Shown here: piece after piece, positions 1 through 10,864 of the stretch
Layout: every line of letters starts with the position of its first letter
How positions within the stretch are numbered: the stretch's first letter is position 1
Assembly (NCBI GenBank): GCA_014378915.1
Contig: JACMMS010000011.1
Coordinates: 4,431-68,430 of the forward strand
DNA: 64,000 bases
Reading direction: 5' to 3'
From: Methylophilaceae bacterium
GTDB lineage: Bacteria > Pseudomonadota > Gammaproteobacteria > Burkholderiales > Methylophilaceae
The notes under the pieces: generated by a model
What the model saw: the letters and a program-made list of their open reading frames with translations, nothing else
Told to the model about the DNA's origin: nothing
Databases searched by the model: none
Program-made: the position numbers and the translations under genes

Positions 1-36
1 TTTATTGGAGAATTTATTTACTAACAAAACAAATGT

Positions 37-594
37 TTATTTTAAAATAAATCTTGGGCTTAGCACTGATACCAGCTTAAAGCGTTCATCAAAATAATCT
101 GGCGTATCTAGTTCGTAGAATGTTTTTTTTGATGATGGCTTTTGTACTTTTATTTTTTGTGCTGATATTTTTTGTTCCAACCACCAAACTGCCCCTTTTT
201 TAACAATAATTCCAGCAGGTTGAATTTGTAAAAAATAAGCAATCACTTGACCGACCCAAGGTTGATGTCCCACCAACATCACATTCGAATTATCTTGCTG
301 AAAAATTTCTTGAACTAGCTGTAAAACGTCGTCAATACTGGCTTCTGGCAATAAATTTTTGTTAATTTTATAGGGCAAGCCTAGAGCCTGCACTGTTTGT
401 TGTGCACGCATTGCAGGGCTAGAAACGATACAAATATCTTCTGGCAAATGTTGCTTAATCCAGCCAGCCATCACAGTAGCTCGGCTTTCACCTTTGACAG
501 TCAATGCACGGCTAAAATCATCACCTGCAAGCAGTAAATCTTGCGCCTCTGCATGACGCCACAAAATTAAGTTTTTACGTTGATTACTCATCAA
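37..594 (-). CDS. SixA-like phosphohistidine phosphatase (histidine phosphatase superfamily)
   Basis: 185-aa ORF. N-terminal LILWRHAEA (RHG-type catalytic motif), SSPAMRAQQT and VGHQP motifs. 12 nt downstream of ppk on the same strand. Confidence 0.7.
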   Translation of the reverse strand: MMSNQRKNLILWRHAEAQDLLLAGDDFSRALTVKGESRATVMAGWIKQHLPEDICIVSSPAMRAQQTVQALGLPYKINKNLLPEASIDDVLQLVQEIFQQDNSNVMLVGHQPWVGQVIAYFLQIQPAGIIVKKGAVWWLEQKISAQKIKVQKPSSKKTFYELDTPDYFDERFKLVSVLSPRFILK

Positions 595-606
595 ATTTTA
601 CTGCCA

Positions 607-2697
607 TCAAGTTTGACTTTTGTAAAGTTTCATTAATTGAGTTTGTGCACTCTTTAATTGAGGTGCTTTTGTCTCAATCGCCTGATTATCGTCATTGATT
701 GTTACATGACTATGAGCATGCTTAACTGGCGTGTAATTTCCATCAACACCGAGCACCCAAGCATCTTGTGTATCATCTATATAAGGCTTTAAGTTTTCTT
801 TAATCACACGTAATTGCATGGATTTATCTAAAATAGGCCAAGCGATTTCTATTCGGCGCATCATGTTGCGGTTCATCCAATCAGCGCTGGAAAGCCACAT
901 TTTCTGCACGCCTCCCACATCAAAATAAAATACCCTAGAGTGCTCTAAAAACCGACCTACAATTGAGCGTACGCGGATTTTTGCAGTGCTTAAGTTTGAA
1001 TCTATAGGTAATATACACGCGCCACGTATAATTAGATCAAAATCTACACCGCTTTGCGCTGCCAGCATAATCGCGCGTACCAGCACTTCATCTGTTAATG
1101 CGTTCATTTTTGCTATCACAAGGGCTGGCTGACCACGACTTGCGGCTAATCCTGCTGCGTTAATTTTTCGGACTAATGCGCTTTGTAAATTAAACGGTGA
1201 CACCAAAATTTTTTGCATTTTTGGTAGTGGTACTTGGCTGGTAAGATGCCGAAACAAATGCTCCATCTCACGAGTCAGTATATTATCGGCCGTCAGCATA
1301 CAAACATCGGTATATAGTCTAGCTGTTTTAGGATTGTAATTACCCGTTGAAACGTGCCCATAACGTTTAATGACGCGGTCTTCACGACGTTTTACCAGCA
1401 GCATTTTGGCGTGTGTTTTTAAACCTACTACACCATATACAACTTGTGCACCTACTGACTCAAGAGCTTCTGCCCAATTAATATTGGCCTCTTCATCAAA
1501 ACGAGCTTTAAGCTCAACAACCGCCAGTACCTCTTTACCACGACGTACTGCTTCTTGCAGCAGTTGCAGCATACGTGCATCTGAACCCGTGCGGTAAATG
1601 GTTTGATGAATAGCGAGCACGTCTGGATCATGCACTGCTTCATGCAAAAATTGAATAACTGCTTCAAAGCTTTCAAAAGGCTGATGAATTAACACATCCT
1701 CCTTTTTTAATTTTGTAAAAAAAGATTCACCAACTTTTAATTGTTTTGGCCAAACTGGCGGAAATGGCGTGAATTTTAAATCATCAAACTGTTTTACTAA
1801 ATCAGGTAGCTGTATTAATCGTCCAAGGTTAACCGGCCCTTGAACTCGATACAGTGCCTGGATAGGTAAATTAAACTGCGCTAATAAAAAATCTGCGAGG
1901 GCACCTGCACAAGTATGTGAAACCTCTAAACGAACTGATTCACCATAGGCGCGATGCACTAATTCTTGACGCAAAGCAGTACGCAAATTGCTTACATCAT
2001 CCTCATCTAAAGCCATATCCGAATGACGCGTGACCCTAAATTGGGAGTAATTAATAATTTCTCGTCCGCCAAATAAATCTGACAAATGCGCACGAATAAT
2101 ACTAGTGAGTGATACAAAGCATTGTTGATTGTTACTAATTTTGCTTGGCAAAACCACTAAACGTGGTAAAAGACGGGGCACACGCACGATTGCAATAGGG
2201 TTGTGTCGGCCAAATGCATCGTTACCACCAAGTTCTACAATAAAATGGAGTGATTTATTGGCTACTTTTGGGAATGGATGAGAAGGATCTAGCGCCACAG
2301 GCACTAGTAAGGGCTTAACATCACTCTCGAAATACTTAGCAACCCAGCGTTTTTGCGCGGCATCACGCTCATTATTTGACAGCAACTTAATACCGTGCTG
2401 CGCCAATGTTGGCATTAACTCATAATTAAAAATATGATATTGCTTTTCTACCAAGGCATGCGCTTCGGCTGATACTCGCTCAAAACTCTTTACCGTAACA
2501 GCGCCTTTTTGACCATTATCACGCATAGCTTCAAGTTGTGACGCCATACGCACTTCAAAAAACTCATCTAAATTTGCTGAAACGATACATAAGAAGCGCA
2601 AACGTTCTAGCAGCGGATAATCAGGATTCACCGCCAAAGACAGTACGCGACGATTAAAACTGAGAATGCTCGCATCGCGGTCCAGCAGCGCGACCAT
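607..2697 (-). CDS. ppk: Polyphosphate kinase 1
   Basis: 696-aa ORF with PPK1-like sequence over its full length (SFNRRVL..., LDEFFEVR, C-terminal PLD-like repeats with KTHAKM and GRFLEHSR). Confidence 0.95.
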   Translation of the reverse strand: MVALLDRDASILSFNRRVLSLAVNPDYPLLERLRFLCIVSANLDEFFEVRMASQLEAMRDNGQKGAVTVKSFERVSAEAHALVEKQYHIFNYELMPTLAQHGIKLLSNNERDAAQKRWVAKYFESDVKPLLVPVALDPSHPFPKVANKSLHFIVELGGNDAFGRHNPIAIVRVPRLLPRLVVLPSKISNNQQCFVSLTSIIRAHLSDLFGGREIINYSQFRVTRHSDMALDEDDVSNLRTALRQELVHRAYGESVRLEVSHTCAGALADFLLAQFNLPIQALYRVQGPVNLGRLIQLPDLVKQFDDLKFTPFPPVWPKQLKVGESFFTKLKKEDVLIHQPFESFEAVIQFLHEAVHDPDVLAIHQTIYRTGSDARMLQLLQEAVRRGKEVLAVVELKARFDEEANINWAEALESVGAQVVYGVVGLKTHAKMLLVKRREDRVIKRYGHVSTGNYNPKTARLYTDVCMLTADNILTREMEHLFRHLTSQVPLPKMQKILVSPFNLQSALVRKINAAGLAASRGQPALVIAKMNALTDEVLVRAIMLAAQSGVDFDLIIRGACILPIDSNLSTAKIRVRSIVGRFLEHSRVFYFDVGGVQKMWLSSADWMNRNMMRRIEIAWPILDKSMQLRVIKENLKPYIDDTQDAWVLGVDGNYTPVKHAHSHVTINDDNQAIETKAPQLKSAQTQLMKLYKSQT

Positions 2698-2952
2698 TTT
2701 GGGTATTTTAGGTGCAATACTACATTTAGCTAAGTTTTTAGAGATTGAATTTTGGGTGTTTAAATGTTTGATAATCGTCTCTTGAGCAGTAGTTACTATT
2801 TATTATTTTAACAAAAGACTGTAACAATTCAATGTGAAAGATTTGTGACTATATGATGAATATGACAAAATTAATACTTATTTTAAATATATAAGCTTAG
2901 GTTAAAAATCCTCGCTCAGTTAAAGATTACTAGTATCTACATCAGGCTGCTA

Positions 2953-3747
2953 CTACAACGCAATTGTACATATTTGCGTATCACTTGCCACCATACAAAT
3001 TCTAGTAAAATCATCGGCTTCTAAGGCACACCGACCCACAAGACTTCCATCAACATCTGGCATAGTCAGTATGGTACATACATTTTCTGGCGTGACGCTT
3101 CCGCCATAAATTATTCTAACTTGTTTAGCAAACTCAGCATCACGTTCGGCAATTAAACTCCTGATGTAGGCATGCATCATTTGCGCTTGTTCTGCGCTAG
3201 CGTTTGCGCCGTTACCAATGGCCCACACTGGCTCATAGGCAATAACGGCGTTAAGCTGTTTGGCGCATTTGAATATGACATCGTCTAGCTCATTTGTGAT
3301 AGCAAGAATTTGCTTTTTTATTACATTCTCAGCAATGCCAGCTTGGCGTTCAGCAAAAGTCTCGCCAACACAATAAATAGGGGTGATACCTGCTGATGTG
3401 GCTCTGGCAAATCGAATAGCTGTTTGTTGATTGCTTTCATGCATTAAAGCGCGATGCTCAGAATGGCCGATAATGGCGAATGTGCAGCCAAATTCAGCAA
3501 TCATAGAGGCAGATATAGATGAGGTAAAAGCGCCCTCTTCAAACTGGCTAACGTTTTGAGCACCCCATGCGATATTAGTCCCAGACAATAGTGCCTGTGC
3601 CTGAAACAAGTAAGTATAGGGAATGCAAATTGCAAAATCTGCCGTATGTAAGCGCTTTAAATTTGTAAGCAAGCTAGCAATCAATACTTTATTTTGCGCC
3701 AGGCTACCATGCAATTTCCAATTGCCCACTACTAATTTACGTCGCAT
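2953..3747 (-). CDS. tpiA: Triosephosphate isomerase
   Basis: VVGNWKLHG, IGHSEHR, AYEPVWAIGNG and IIYGGSV motifs. Confidence 0.9.
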   Translation of the reverse strand: MRRKLVVGNWKLHGSLAQNKVLIASLLTNLKRLHTADFAICIPYTYLFQAQALLSGTNIAWGAQNVSQFEEGAFTSSISASMIAEFGCTFAIIGHSEHRALMHESNQQTAIRFARATSAGITPIYCVGETFAERQAGIAENVIKKQILAITNELDDVIFKCAKQLNAVIAYEPVWAIGNGANASAEQAQMMHAYIRSLIAERDAEFAKQVRIIYGGSVTPENVCTILTMPDVDGSLVGRCALEADDFTRICMVASDTQICTIAL

Positions 3748-3802
3748 GTTTATCCTTTAAACACCAAATCAATATTTTCCACTATTCACAGCCATCACTA
3801 AA

Positions 3803-4867
3803 CTAATACACCACCGCACTTAACTCGCCATTAGTGTACCGTGCCGCCATATTATCCATTGCAATGACTTTAATGTGGCTCGCCATACCTGCACTACCAA
3901 AGGCTTCGAAACGCTCTTTGCATAACCGCTTGGAGGCTAAAATAGCCGCTTTAAAAAATACCCTAGGATCAAATTCTTCTGGGTTTTCTACCATGTACTG
4001 CCTTATTGCTGCAGTCATCGCAAGACGTATGTCCGTGTCAATATTCACTTTACGCACGCCATTTTTAATACCTTCTACAATTTGAGAGACAGGCACACCA
4101 TAAGTCTCTTTAATAACACCACCAAATTTCCTAATGGTTTCAAGGCACTCTTGCGAAACGCTAGACGATCCATGCATGACCAAATGCGTATTCGGAATAC
4201 GCTGATGAATCGCTTTAATTCGGTTAATGGCCAACATATCGCCTGTGGGCGGTCTGCTAAACTTATAGGCGCCATGGCTGGTTCCAATTGCAATGGCTAA
4301 GGCATCGACTTGTGTTGCTTTTACAAACTCAGCAGCTTCATTAGGATCTGTGAGTAATTGTGATTCATCTAAAACCCCCACTGCTCCGCTACCATCTTCA
4401 TCGCCAGCTTTTCCCGTTTCTAAAGAGCCTAAACAACCTAACTCCCCCTCCACTGAAACACCTACTGCGTGCGCCATTTCGACAACACGACGAGTAACAT
4501 CGACGTTGTAAGCGTATGAAGCAGGCGTTTTAGCATCACTTTGCAATGAGCCATCCATCATTACACTAGAAAAACCACTACGAATGGCCGTTTGGCAAAC
4601 AGCAGGCGATGCACCGTGATCTTGATGCATGCATATAGGCAAGTGTGGATATTGTTCAATAGCGGCCTCTACCATTTTTCGTAAAAATGGCTCACCAGCA
4701 TAGCCACGTGCACCAGCAGAAGCCTGCAAAATCACAGGGCTATCGATTTCATTTGCCGCTTGTAGAATCGATAATATTTGCTCCATATTATTCACATTGA
4801 ATGCAGGCAAGCCATAACTATACTCTGCGGCGTGGTCTAGCAATTGTCTTAATGAGATGAGCGCCAT
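3803..4867 (-). CDS. fba: Fructose-bisphosphate aldolase, class II (354-aa Calvin-cycle/CbbA subtype)
   Basis: [31 protein letters not shown] and LVMHGSSSV motifs. The 354-aa length is typical of the subtype. Confidence 0.95.
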   Translation of the reverse strand: MALISLRQLLDHAAEYSYGLPAFNVNNMEQILSILQAANEIDSPVILQASAGARGYAGEPFLRKMVEAAIEQYPHLPICMHQDHGASPAVCQTAIRSGFSSVMMDGSLQSDAKTPASYAYNVDVTRRVVEMAHAVGVSVEGELGCLGSLETGKAGDEDGSGAVGVLDESQLLTDPNEAAEFVKATQVDALAIAIGTSHGAYKFSRPPTGDMLAINRIKAIHQRIPNTHLVMHGSSSVSQECLETIRKFGGVIKETYGVPVSQIVEGIKNGVRKVNIDTDIRLAMTAAIRQYMVENPEEFDPRVFFKAAILASKRLCKERFEAFGSAGMASHIKVIAMDNMAARYTNGELSAVVY

Positions 4868-4887
4868 GTTAGTTTCCTATTTTTATT

Positions 4888-5982
4888 TTAAATTGACAAT
4901 GAGTACTCTTCCAGCAAATGCACATCAAATTCGTCGTGATATAACTCAATCAAACACACCTCAGAATATGATCCCAGAATTACTGGAACACGCTCATGAA
5001 TCTGACTAGGTGTGAGCTGCAAAATACGCTCGCGCCCTGTGGAGCTTTTACCACCCGCTTGCTCCACGATAAAACTCATCGGGTTTGCCTCATACAGCAA
5101 ACGTAAACGACCCGCTTTAGCTGGTAATTTTTTATCTTTGGGATAAAGATACACACCACCACGCATTAAAATACGATGCACATCTGCCACCATACTAGCG
5201 ACCCAGCGCATGTTAAAATCTCTTTCGCGTAAACCAGTAATGCCATCACAACACTCTGATACATAACGTTTTACAGGTGGCTCCCAAAAGCGCTGATTAC
5301 TTGCATTGATTGCAAACTCCGATGTCACTTCCGGAATTTGAATATTTGAATGAGTAAGTAAAAACTCTTGGCTTGATACATCTAAAGTAAATCCATGTGA
5401 ACCTTTTCCAGTAGTAAGTACTAACATAGTTGCTGGACCATATAAAACATAGCCTGCAGCCATTTGTGCAACGCCAGATTGCAAGTAATTTGTACTGTTT
5501 ATCTCATGCTGAGTTGATAGCGTATTTGATGGCAGAATACAAAAAATAGACCCTACCGAAACATTAACAGCAATATTGGATGACCCATCTAAAGGATCAA
5601 AAGCCACTAAAAATGGGGCCGCTTCTTTACCCTTAAATAAATACGGCTCATCTAATTCTTCTGATACCGCGCCTGCAACAAGCCCGCTACATTCTAGGGT
5701 TGCAATAAATAAATCATTAGTCAGCACATCCAATTGCATTTGCGTTTCGCCTTGCACATTAGTTGTGCTCAGCTTTGCTGTTATTTGGCTTAAAGCGCCT
5801 TGTGAAATAAGGTGTGCGATACTTTTCGTGCATTCAGTAATAGCCAACAATAGGCTTGCTAGGTTATTACCATTAGGTAAATCTTGAGCTGAACGAAATA
5901 AATATTCTTTTAAGGTAGATTGGTTGGCCATTTCTTTTTTAGTGACTATGCCATTGATATTAGTTTCAATTGATTGTTGCAT
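4888..5982 (-). CDS. fbp: Fructose-1,6-bisphosphatase class 1
   Basis: FDPLDGSSN, GYVLYGP and LLYEANPMSFIVEQAGG motifs. The true start may be the internal Met (MANQSTLKEY, about 5928), because the ORF is about 20-30 aa longer than typical. Confidence 0.9.
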   Translation of the reverse strand: MQQSIETNINGIVTKKEMANQSTLKEYLFRSAQDLPNGNNLASLLLAITECTKSIAHLISQGALSQITAKLSTTNVQGETQMQLDVLTNDLFIATLECSGLVAGAVSEELDEPYLFKGKEAAPFLVAFDPLDGSSNIAVNVSVGSIFCILPSNTLSTQHEINSTNYLQSGVAQMAAGYVLYGPATMLVLTTGKGSHGFTLDVSSQEFLLTHSNIQIPEVTSEFAINASNQRFWEPPVKRYVSECCDGITGLRERDFNMRWVASMVADVHRILMRGGVYLYPKDKKLPAKAGRLRLLYEANPMSFIVEQAGGKSSTGRERILQLTPSQIHERVPVILGSYSEVCLIELYHDEFDVHLLEEYSLSI

Positions 5983-6110
5983 ATATTGTTTTCAACTTTC
6001 TGCGTTATCTAAACTAATTCAAAAAAACTGCGTTATTTTTTAACGAACGTCTTCACGCATACTGTAGAAAAAATATGCATTAAAGTAAATCAACATTTAC
6101 ATGTGCCATG

Positions 6111-6127
6111 CTTAAGTTTTACTTAAG
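6111..6127. promoter_or_regulatory. Candidate LysR-type regulator binding dyad (T-N11-A) in the fbp / LysR divergent intergenic region
   Basis: Perfect dyad CTTAAG-TTTTA-CTTAAG. It contains TAAG-N5-CTTA, which fits T-N11-A. It lies 25 bp upstream of the LysR pseudogene ATG. Confidence 0.35.
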
Positions 6128-6151
6128 GTTATTTTTATATGAGTTACGTTT

Positions 6152-7046
6152 ATGCGAAACCTTACTTTACGCCAAATCAGAATTTTTCTTAGTGCGGCAA
6201 AGCACTTAAGCTTTTCACGCGCAGCAGAGGAGCTAGAGCTCGCAGGCTCTGGTATTTCTTTGCAAATTAATGAAATGTAGACCGATATAGGGCTTCGCCT
6301 GTTTAATCGTGAAAATAAAAAAGTGACGCTCACCGCAGCAAGCGAACATTTTTTAACGAATGCAAATGAGATTACCCCTACCCTAGCTAAGGCAAGCACG
6401 GCAATGGATAGTTTGGGCGGCTCACAGCTTGATGTCCTAAAAATTGGATTAGTCAGCGCAACCCACTATTTTACCTGCGTTGTTAGTGGAGTTTAAAAAA
6501 AATTACCCTTATGTGCAAATTAAAATAGATGTAAAAAATCGTGAGAAGTTAATTGAATTATTACGTGAGGGCGGAATGACGCTGCCATCATGGGCAAGCC
6601 ACCTAGGGCACTTAATGCGCGTGCAGAGCCATTTGCAAACCATCCGCACATGTTTGTTGCTAGCCCTAATCATGCGCTTGCAAGACAGTTAAACTTAACG
6701 CCAGAGGTATTAAATAAAGTAGAAATTATTTCTTGTGAGCAGGGTACTGGTACACGTTACATTATGGAGAAATACATGACTGAGCATGGATTATCTCCAC
6801 TCGTGCATATGGAAATGTCCGGCGATGAAACCATAAAGCAGGCTGTAATGGCAAATTTGGTGTTTCTTTTGTATCATTGCACACCATAGGACAAGAAATC
6901 ACCAATCAACAAATCGTTGCTTTAGATATTCAACATACGCCGGTCTTTAGGACTTGGTATTTGGTTACACCTAATAAGCGCGAAGCATCAACAGCTGCTG
7001 AGGCATTCCTTCAGTTTATGTTAGAAAAGGCTGGGGGGGGATATTG
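6152..7046 (+). pseudogene. LysR-family (CbbR-like) transcriptional regulator, inactivated
   Basis: HTH N-terminus MRNLTLRQIRIFLSAAKHLSFSRAAEEL... runs into an in-frame TAG at 6278-6280. The rest of the protein is spread over three frames (VEFKKNYPYVQIKIDV..., MGKPPRALNARAEPFANHPHMFVASPNHALA..., ...SLHTIGQEITNQQIVALDIQHTPVFRTWYLV...). This implies at least 3 frameshifts. Confidence 0.85.
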
Positions 7047-7125
7047 AACGATTTATTTGTTGTGCTAAATCATACAAAGCTGAATGATGTAAAGCCTGAT
7101 GACCTGAATTAATGTGTGAGGGCAT

Positions 7126-7941
7126 TTATTTGAGCAACTCAATCAGCACTAACTGATTTAACACTAACTGCGCCGCAGTAAAGCCAAATGGCGCTGTAAC
7201 ATTGACTGAAGAACCATAGCCAGCGCAGTTCAAACCAGTGATGCCCGTATTAACTTTACAACTATCTAGTATATTTTCAGAGCATGTAACAGGCGCAACG
7301 ATTTGTTCATCGGAGTAAACTGCTTGGATACCGAACTTCAATTGCTTTTTAGCCTGATCATTGCCTTTAGGAAAACCATGGTCGCGGCGTAATTGGCTAC
7401 GCACCTTTGCCAGAAGCTTATCGCCATTCACATTGGCTAAATCAGCCACTTTTATTTTAGTTGGGTCTAGGCGTCCACCGGCACCGCCCACTATAATAAG
7501 CGGGAGTTGATGTGTTTTGCAATAAGCCGCTATCGCCACTTTAGATTTAGCATCATCAATCGCATCCAATATAATGTCGTATCGGTTAACCATCATAGTG
7601 GCGACATTTTCGGCGGTCACAAAATCTTCAATCTCATGTACTACAGCAGTTGGATTAATCGAACGTATGCGCTCAGCCATGGCGGTTACTTTGGGTTTGC
7701 CAAAATTATCTTCTAGTGCGTGAATTTGCCGATTGACATTAGACTCTGCAATATTATCGAGGTCTATAAGGGTAAAAGTACCGACAGCATTACGTGCAAG
7801 CGCCTCAGCAGCCCAAGAACCGACGCCTCCAATGCCTATGACGCAGACATGGGCAGCTTGAAATTTAATTAAACCAGCGATGCCATATAAACGGCTGACG
7901 CCACCAAAACGGCGCTCTAAATCAGGACTATCTGTCACCAT
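7126..7941 (-). CDS. tcdA: tRNA threonylcarbamoyladenosine dehydratase (ThiF/MoeB-family, TcdA/CsdL)
   Basis: RFGGVSRLYG, VIGIGGVGSWAAEALAR and NVNRQ motifs. Confidence 0.8.
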   Translation of the reverse strand: MVTDSPDLERRFGGVSRLYGIAGLIKFQAAHVCVIGIGGVGSWAAEALARNAVGTFTLIDLDNIAESNVNRQIHALEDNFGKPKVTAMAERIRSINPTAVVHEIEDFVTAENVATMMVNRYDIILDAIDDAKSKVAIAAYCKTHQLPLIIVGGAGGRLDPTKIKVADLANVNGDKLLAKVRSQLRRDHGFPKGNDQAKKQLKFGIQAVYSDEQIVAPVTCSENILDSCKVNTGITGLNCAGYGSSVNVTAPFGFTAAQLVLNQLVLIELLK

Positions 7942-8318
7942 TAAGTTTCTAATACAACGAATGCAGCAGCCAGATTTTTTTCGTCACTAATTGAAATATG
8001 CTGATGCGTGATATTTTTAGTATTAAGCAAGCTTTGTAGCTCAGCTGAAAAAACCAATAATGGCTTTCCAAGCGCATCGTGTGTCACACCAATACTTTGA
8101 AAAGTGAGCACACCGCGAATACCTGTGCCAAATGCTTTACTAAATGCCTCTTTTGCGGCAAACCGTTTAGCTAAAAATCGTGGCTTTGTTTGATTAACTG
8201 CAAAAGCAGCAAACTCATCAGCAGTTAAAATTCGCTTAGCAAAGACATCGCCAAATTGAGCTAAAGAGGATTCAATCCGTGCAACTTCAACAATATCGGT
8301 GCCAATGCCGAATATCAT
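7941..8318 (-). CDS. acpS: Holo-[acyl-carrier-protein] synthase
   Basis: 125 aa. [12 protein letters not shown] start and AKEAFSKA motif. Canonical position after pdxJ. Confidence 0.9.
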   Translation of the reverse strand: MIFGIGTDIVEVARIESSLAQFGDVFAKRILTADEFAAFAVNQTKPRFLAKRFAAKEAFSKAFGTGIRGVLTFQSIGVTHDALGKPLLVFSAELQSLLNTKNITHQHISISDEKNLAAAFVVLET

Positions 8319-9043
8319 TTAATAACAGCTTCTTTCATTAACGACTTCATCTCACTTACTGCGTTATCCCAGCCAACAAACAGGGCATGTGCAACAATTG
8401 CATGCCCAATATTGAGCTCTTCAATGCCAGGTATTTCCGCAACCAGATGTACATTATGGTAATGTAAGCCATGACCTGCATTGACTACTAAACCAAGACT
8501 TATGCCGTGCGCTACTGCTTGTTTAATTCGCTCTAGTTCTGCCGTTTTTTCAGATTCAATTTCCGCATCGGCAAATGCTCCCGTGTGTAATTCAATGACT
8601 GTTGCGCCTGCTTTTTTCGCTGCATCAATCTGCGCAAGATCAGGACCAATAAATAATGAAACACGAATACCAGCTTCCTCTAACTTTTTACAGGCTTCTT
8701 GCACTTTATCAAAGTAACGAATAATGTCTAAACCACCTTCAGTTGTTCGCTCTTCACGACGCTCAGGCACGAGGCAGACATCCTGCGGTTTAACCTGCAA
8801 AGCGATACCTATCATTTCATCGGTAACTGCGCACTCAAGATTCATCTTAGTTTGCAGCAAGGGGCGCAAGGCAAAAATATCTGCATCTTGCATATGACGG
8901 CGGTCTTCACGCAAATGTAGAGTGATGCTGTCTGCACCTGATTGCTCAGCCCTTAACGCCGCCTGTACCACACTTGGGTAACGTGTACCACGTGCTTGAC
9001 GAATAGTCGCGACATGGTCGATATTGACACCTAATTTAATCAT
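8315..9043 (-). CDS. pdxJ: Pyridoxine 5'-phosphate synthase
   Basis: [24 protein letters not shown] and NAGHGL motifs. Confidence 0.95.
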   Translation of the reverse strand: MIKLGVNIDHVATIRQARGTRYPSVVQAALRAEQSGADSITLHLREDRRHMQDADIFALRPLLQTKMNLECAVTDEMIGIALQVKPQDVCLVPERREERTTEGGLDIIRYFDKVQEACKKLEEAGIRVSLFIGPDLAQIDAAKKAGATVIELHTGAFADAEIESEKTAELERIKQAVAHGISLGLVVNAGHGLHYHNVHLVAEIPGIEELNIGHAIVAHALFVGWDNAVSEMKSLMKEAVIK

Positions 9044-9052
9044 TGCTTACTC

Positions 9053-9811
9053 TCAAAATCTTTGTAAATCTATTAACAATTGCCGTGTATGTAGTGGCTT
9101 ATCACCTAGATAATGCGCCAGTAAATAGCGCATTAATTGCTTACTTTGTGATTGAGTACGGGCACTCCTATAATCGCCTTGCGCCATATCCACCATGGTT
9201 TTACCTAATAATTGTACGCCATTTTGATGAGTGCCCAATGATGTGCCTGATAGCTTAGCACCGTAATCAGCCTCATAACAGTAAGTGAGTTCTGGATCAA
9301 TTTCCAGATCATTCTCATCATGCGTGAGCGGCACCGCATAACCCATCTCTTGCAACATCGTCAGCTCAAACTTGCGTAAAGTATTCGCCAATTCTTTTGC
9401 TGTCATTAAGGTTTGTAAAGTCTGCGTGTAGTAGTCAAACAAATCTTCATGTGCGTCTTCACGCGGTAACAAACGCAACAGCAATTCATTAAGATAAAAG
9501 CCACACATCATAGCTTCGCCCTGTAACAATAGTAGACCAGCTGACCAATCTAAACTATGTAATGTACGTAATTCGTTTTTACCCGACCAAGCGCCCGATA
9601 ATGTCTGAAACGATTGCAGCATGCCACGCATGGCAGACCTAGGGCGACGCGCTCCTTTTGCCACAGCTGCAACTCGACCAAAATCCTTGCTGAACAGTTC
9701 GACAACTAAGCTGGTTTCTTTAAAAGGGTATGTGTGCAAAACATAGACAGGCTGGTTATCTATGCGTCTAATCGCTTGGCTTGTTACTCGCTTAGTGGTT
9801 AAGCTACTCAT
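9053..9811 (-). CDS. recO: DNA repair protein RecO
   Basis: 252 aa. YVLHTYPFKETSLVVELFS N-terminal OB-fold pattern. era-recO-pdxJ synteny. Confidence 0.85.
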   Translation of the reverse strand: MSSLTTKRVTSQAIRRIDNQPVYVLHTYPFKETSLVVELFSKDFGRVAAVAKGARRPRSAMRGMLQSFQTLSGAWSGKNELRTLHSLDWSAGLLLLQGEAMMCGFYLNELLLRLLPREDAHEDLFDYYTQTLQTLMTAKELANTLRKFELTMLQEMGYAVPLTHDENDLEIDPELTYCYEADYGAKLSGTSLGTHQNGVQLLGKTMVDMAQGDYRSARTQSQSKQLMRYLLAHYLGDKPLHTRQLLIDLQRF

Positions 9812-9856
9812 GCTGCAAGAATATAAGTGATGGCTTTTTAAATAGCGTTAACAGCG

Positions 9857-10864
9857 CTAATAGCCTAGGGATTTAATAGCACGTGAATCATCAGCCCAGC
9901 CACTTTTGACTTTGACCCAAGTCTCTAAATAAACTTTTCCGTCAAATAGTTTTTCCATATCCTGTCTAGCTTCAGTGGAGATTTGTTTAAGTTTTTCGCC
10001 ACCTTTACCAATAATCATGGGTTTTTGGCTTTCCTTATCTACGATGATCGCGACAAAAATTCGGCGTAAATTTCCATCCACTTCAAACTTTTCAATCTCC
10101 ACAGCCACTGAATAAGGAATCTCATCGCCAAGTAGTCTAAATATTTTTTCACGCACTAACTCCGCCGCTAAAAAGCGCTCGTTTTTATCAGTCAACTCAT
10201 CTGCGCCGTAAATGGCGGATTGTTCTGGCAAGTATTTTCTAATCGTACTGAGTAACTCATCGATATTCAGTGTTTTCTTAGCGCTAACAGGGACAATATC
10301 AACAAATGGAAACTCTAAATCAAAGTCTTGAATGAGCGGCAACACATTCCCTTTATCTCCCATTAAATCCAGCTTATTGACAACCAATATCACAGGCTTA
10401 TTTTTTGGTAATAAAGCTAATACTTTGCGATCTGCATCACCCAATTTCATCGGCTCAATCACAAACATGACCAAATTCACTTCTGTTAACACTTGAGTCA
10501 CTGTTTTATTCAAACTTTTATTTAAATTATTGATATGCTTTTGTTGAAAACCGGGCGTATCAACAAACAAAAACTGCGTGTCGTCTGTCGTATGTATGCC
10601 TAAAAGACGATGACGTGTAGTTTGCGCTTTACGCGAAGTAATGCTCAGCTTTAAGCCAAGTATATGATTAAGCAGCGTAGACTTGCCTACGTTGGGGCGA
10701 CCAACAATGGCGATAGTACCGCAACGAAATGGGCCTGAATCAACATCATCTTCGTCATATTCATCTGCATCTAGCTCAACTACAAGTTTGTCATTGAGGT
10801 CAAGCGCTTCTGTACTTGATTTTGCTGGATCCATTACTTCTGGCTTCGCTTTTTTAATCATCAT
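9857..10864 (-). CDS. era: GTPase Era (with about 50-aa acidic N-terminal extension)
   Basis: [12 protein letters not shown] (G1), DTPG, NKLD and a C-terminal KH domain. The start ATG overlaps the rnc stop (ATGA at 10861-10864). Confidence 0.9.
   Translation of the reverse strand: MMIKKAKPEVMDPAKSSTEALDLNDKLVVELDADEYDEDDVDSGPFRCGTIAIVGRPNVGKSTLLNHILGLKLSITSRKAQTTRHRLLGIHTTDDTQFLFVDTPGFQQKHINNLNKSLNKTVTQVLTEVNLVMFVIEPMKLGDADRKVLALLPKNKPVILVVNKLDLMGDKGNVLPLIQDFDLEFPFVDIVPVSAKKTLNIDELLSTIRKYLPEQSAIYGADELTDKNERFLAAELVREKIFRLLGDEIPYSVAVEIEKFEVDGNLRRIFVAIIVDKESQKPMIIGKGGEKLKQISTEARQDMEKLFDGKVYLETWVKVKSGWADDSRAIKSLGY

Noticed and set aside
6112-6399. 95-aa minus-strand ORF in the fbp-LysR intergenic/5' region
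   Set aside because: It is antisense to the recognisable HTH-coding part of the LysR pseudogene. The plus-strand reading gives a textbook LTTR N-terminus.
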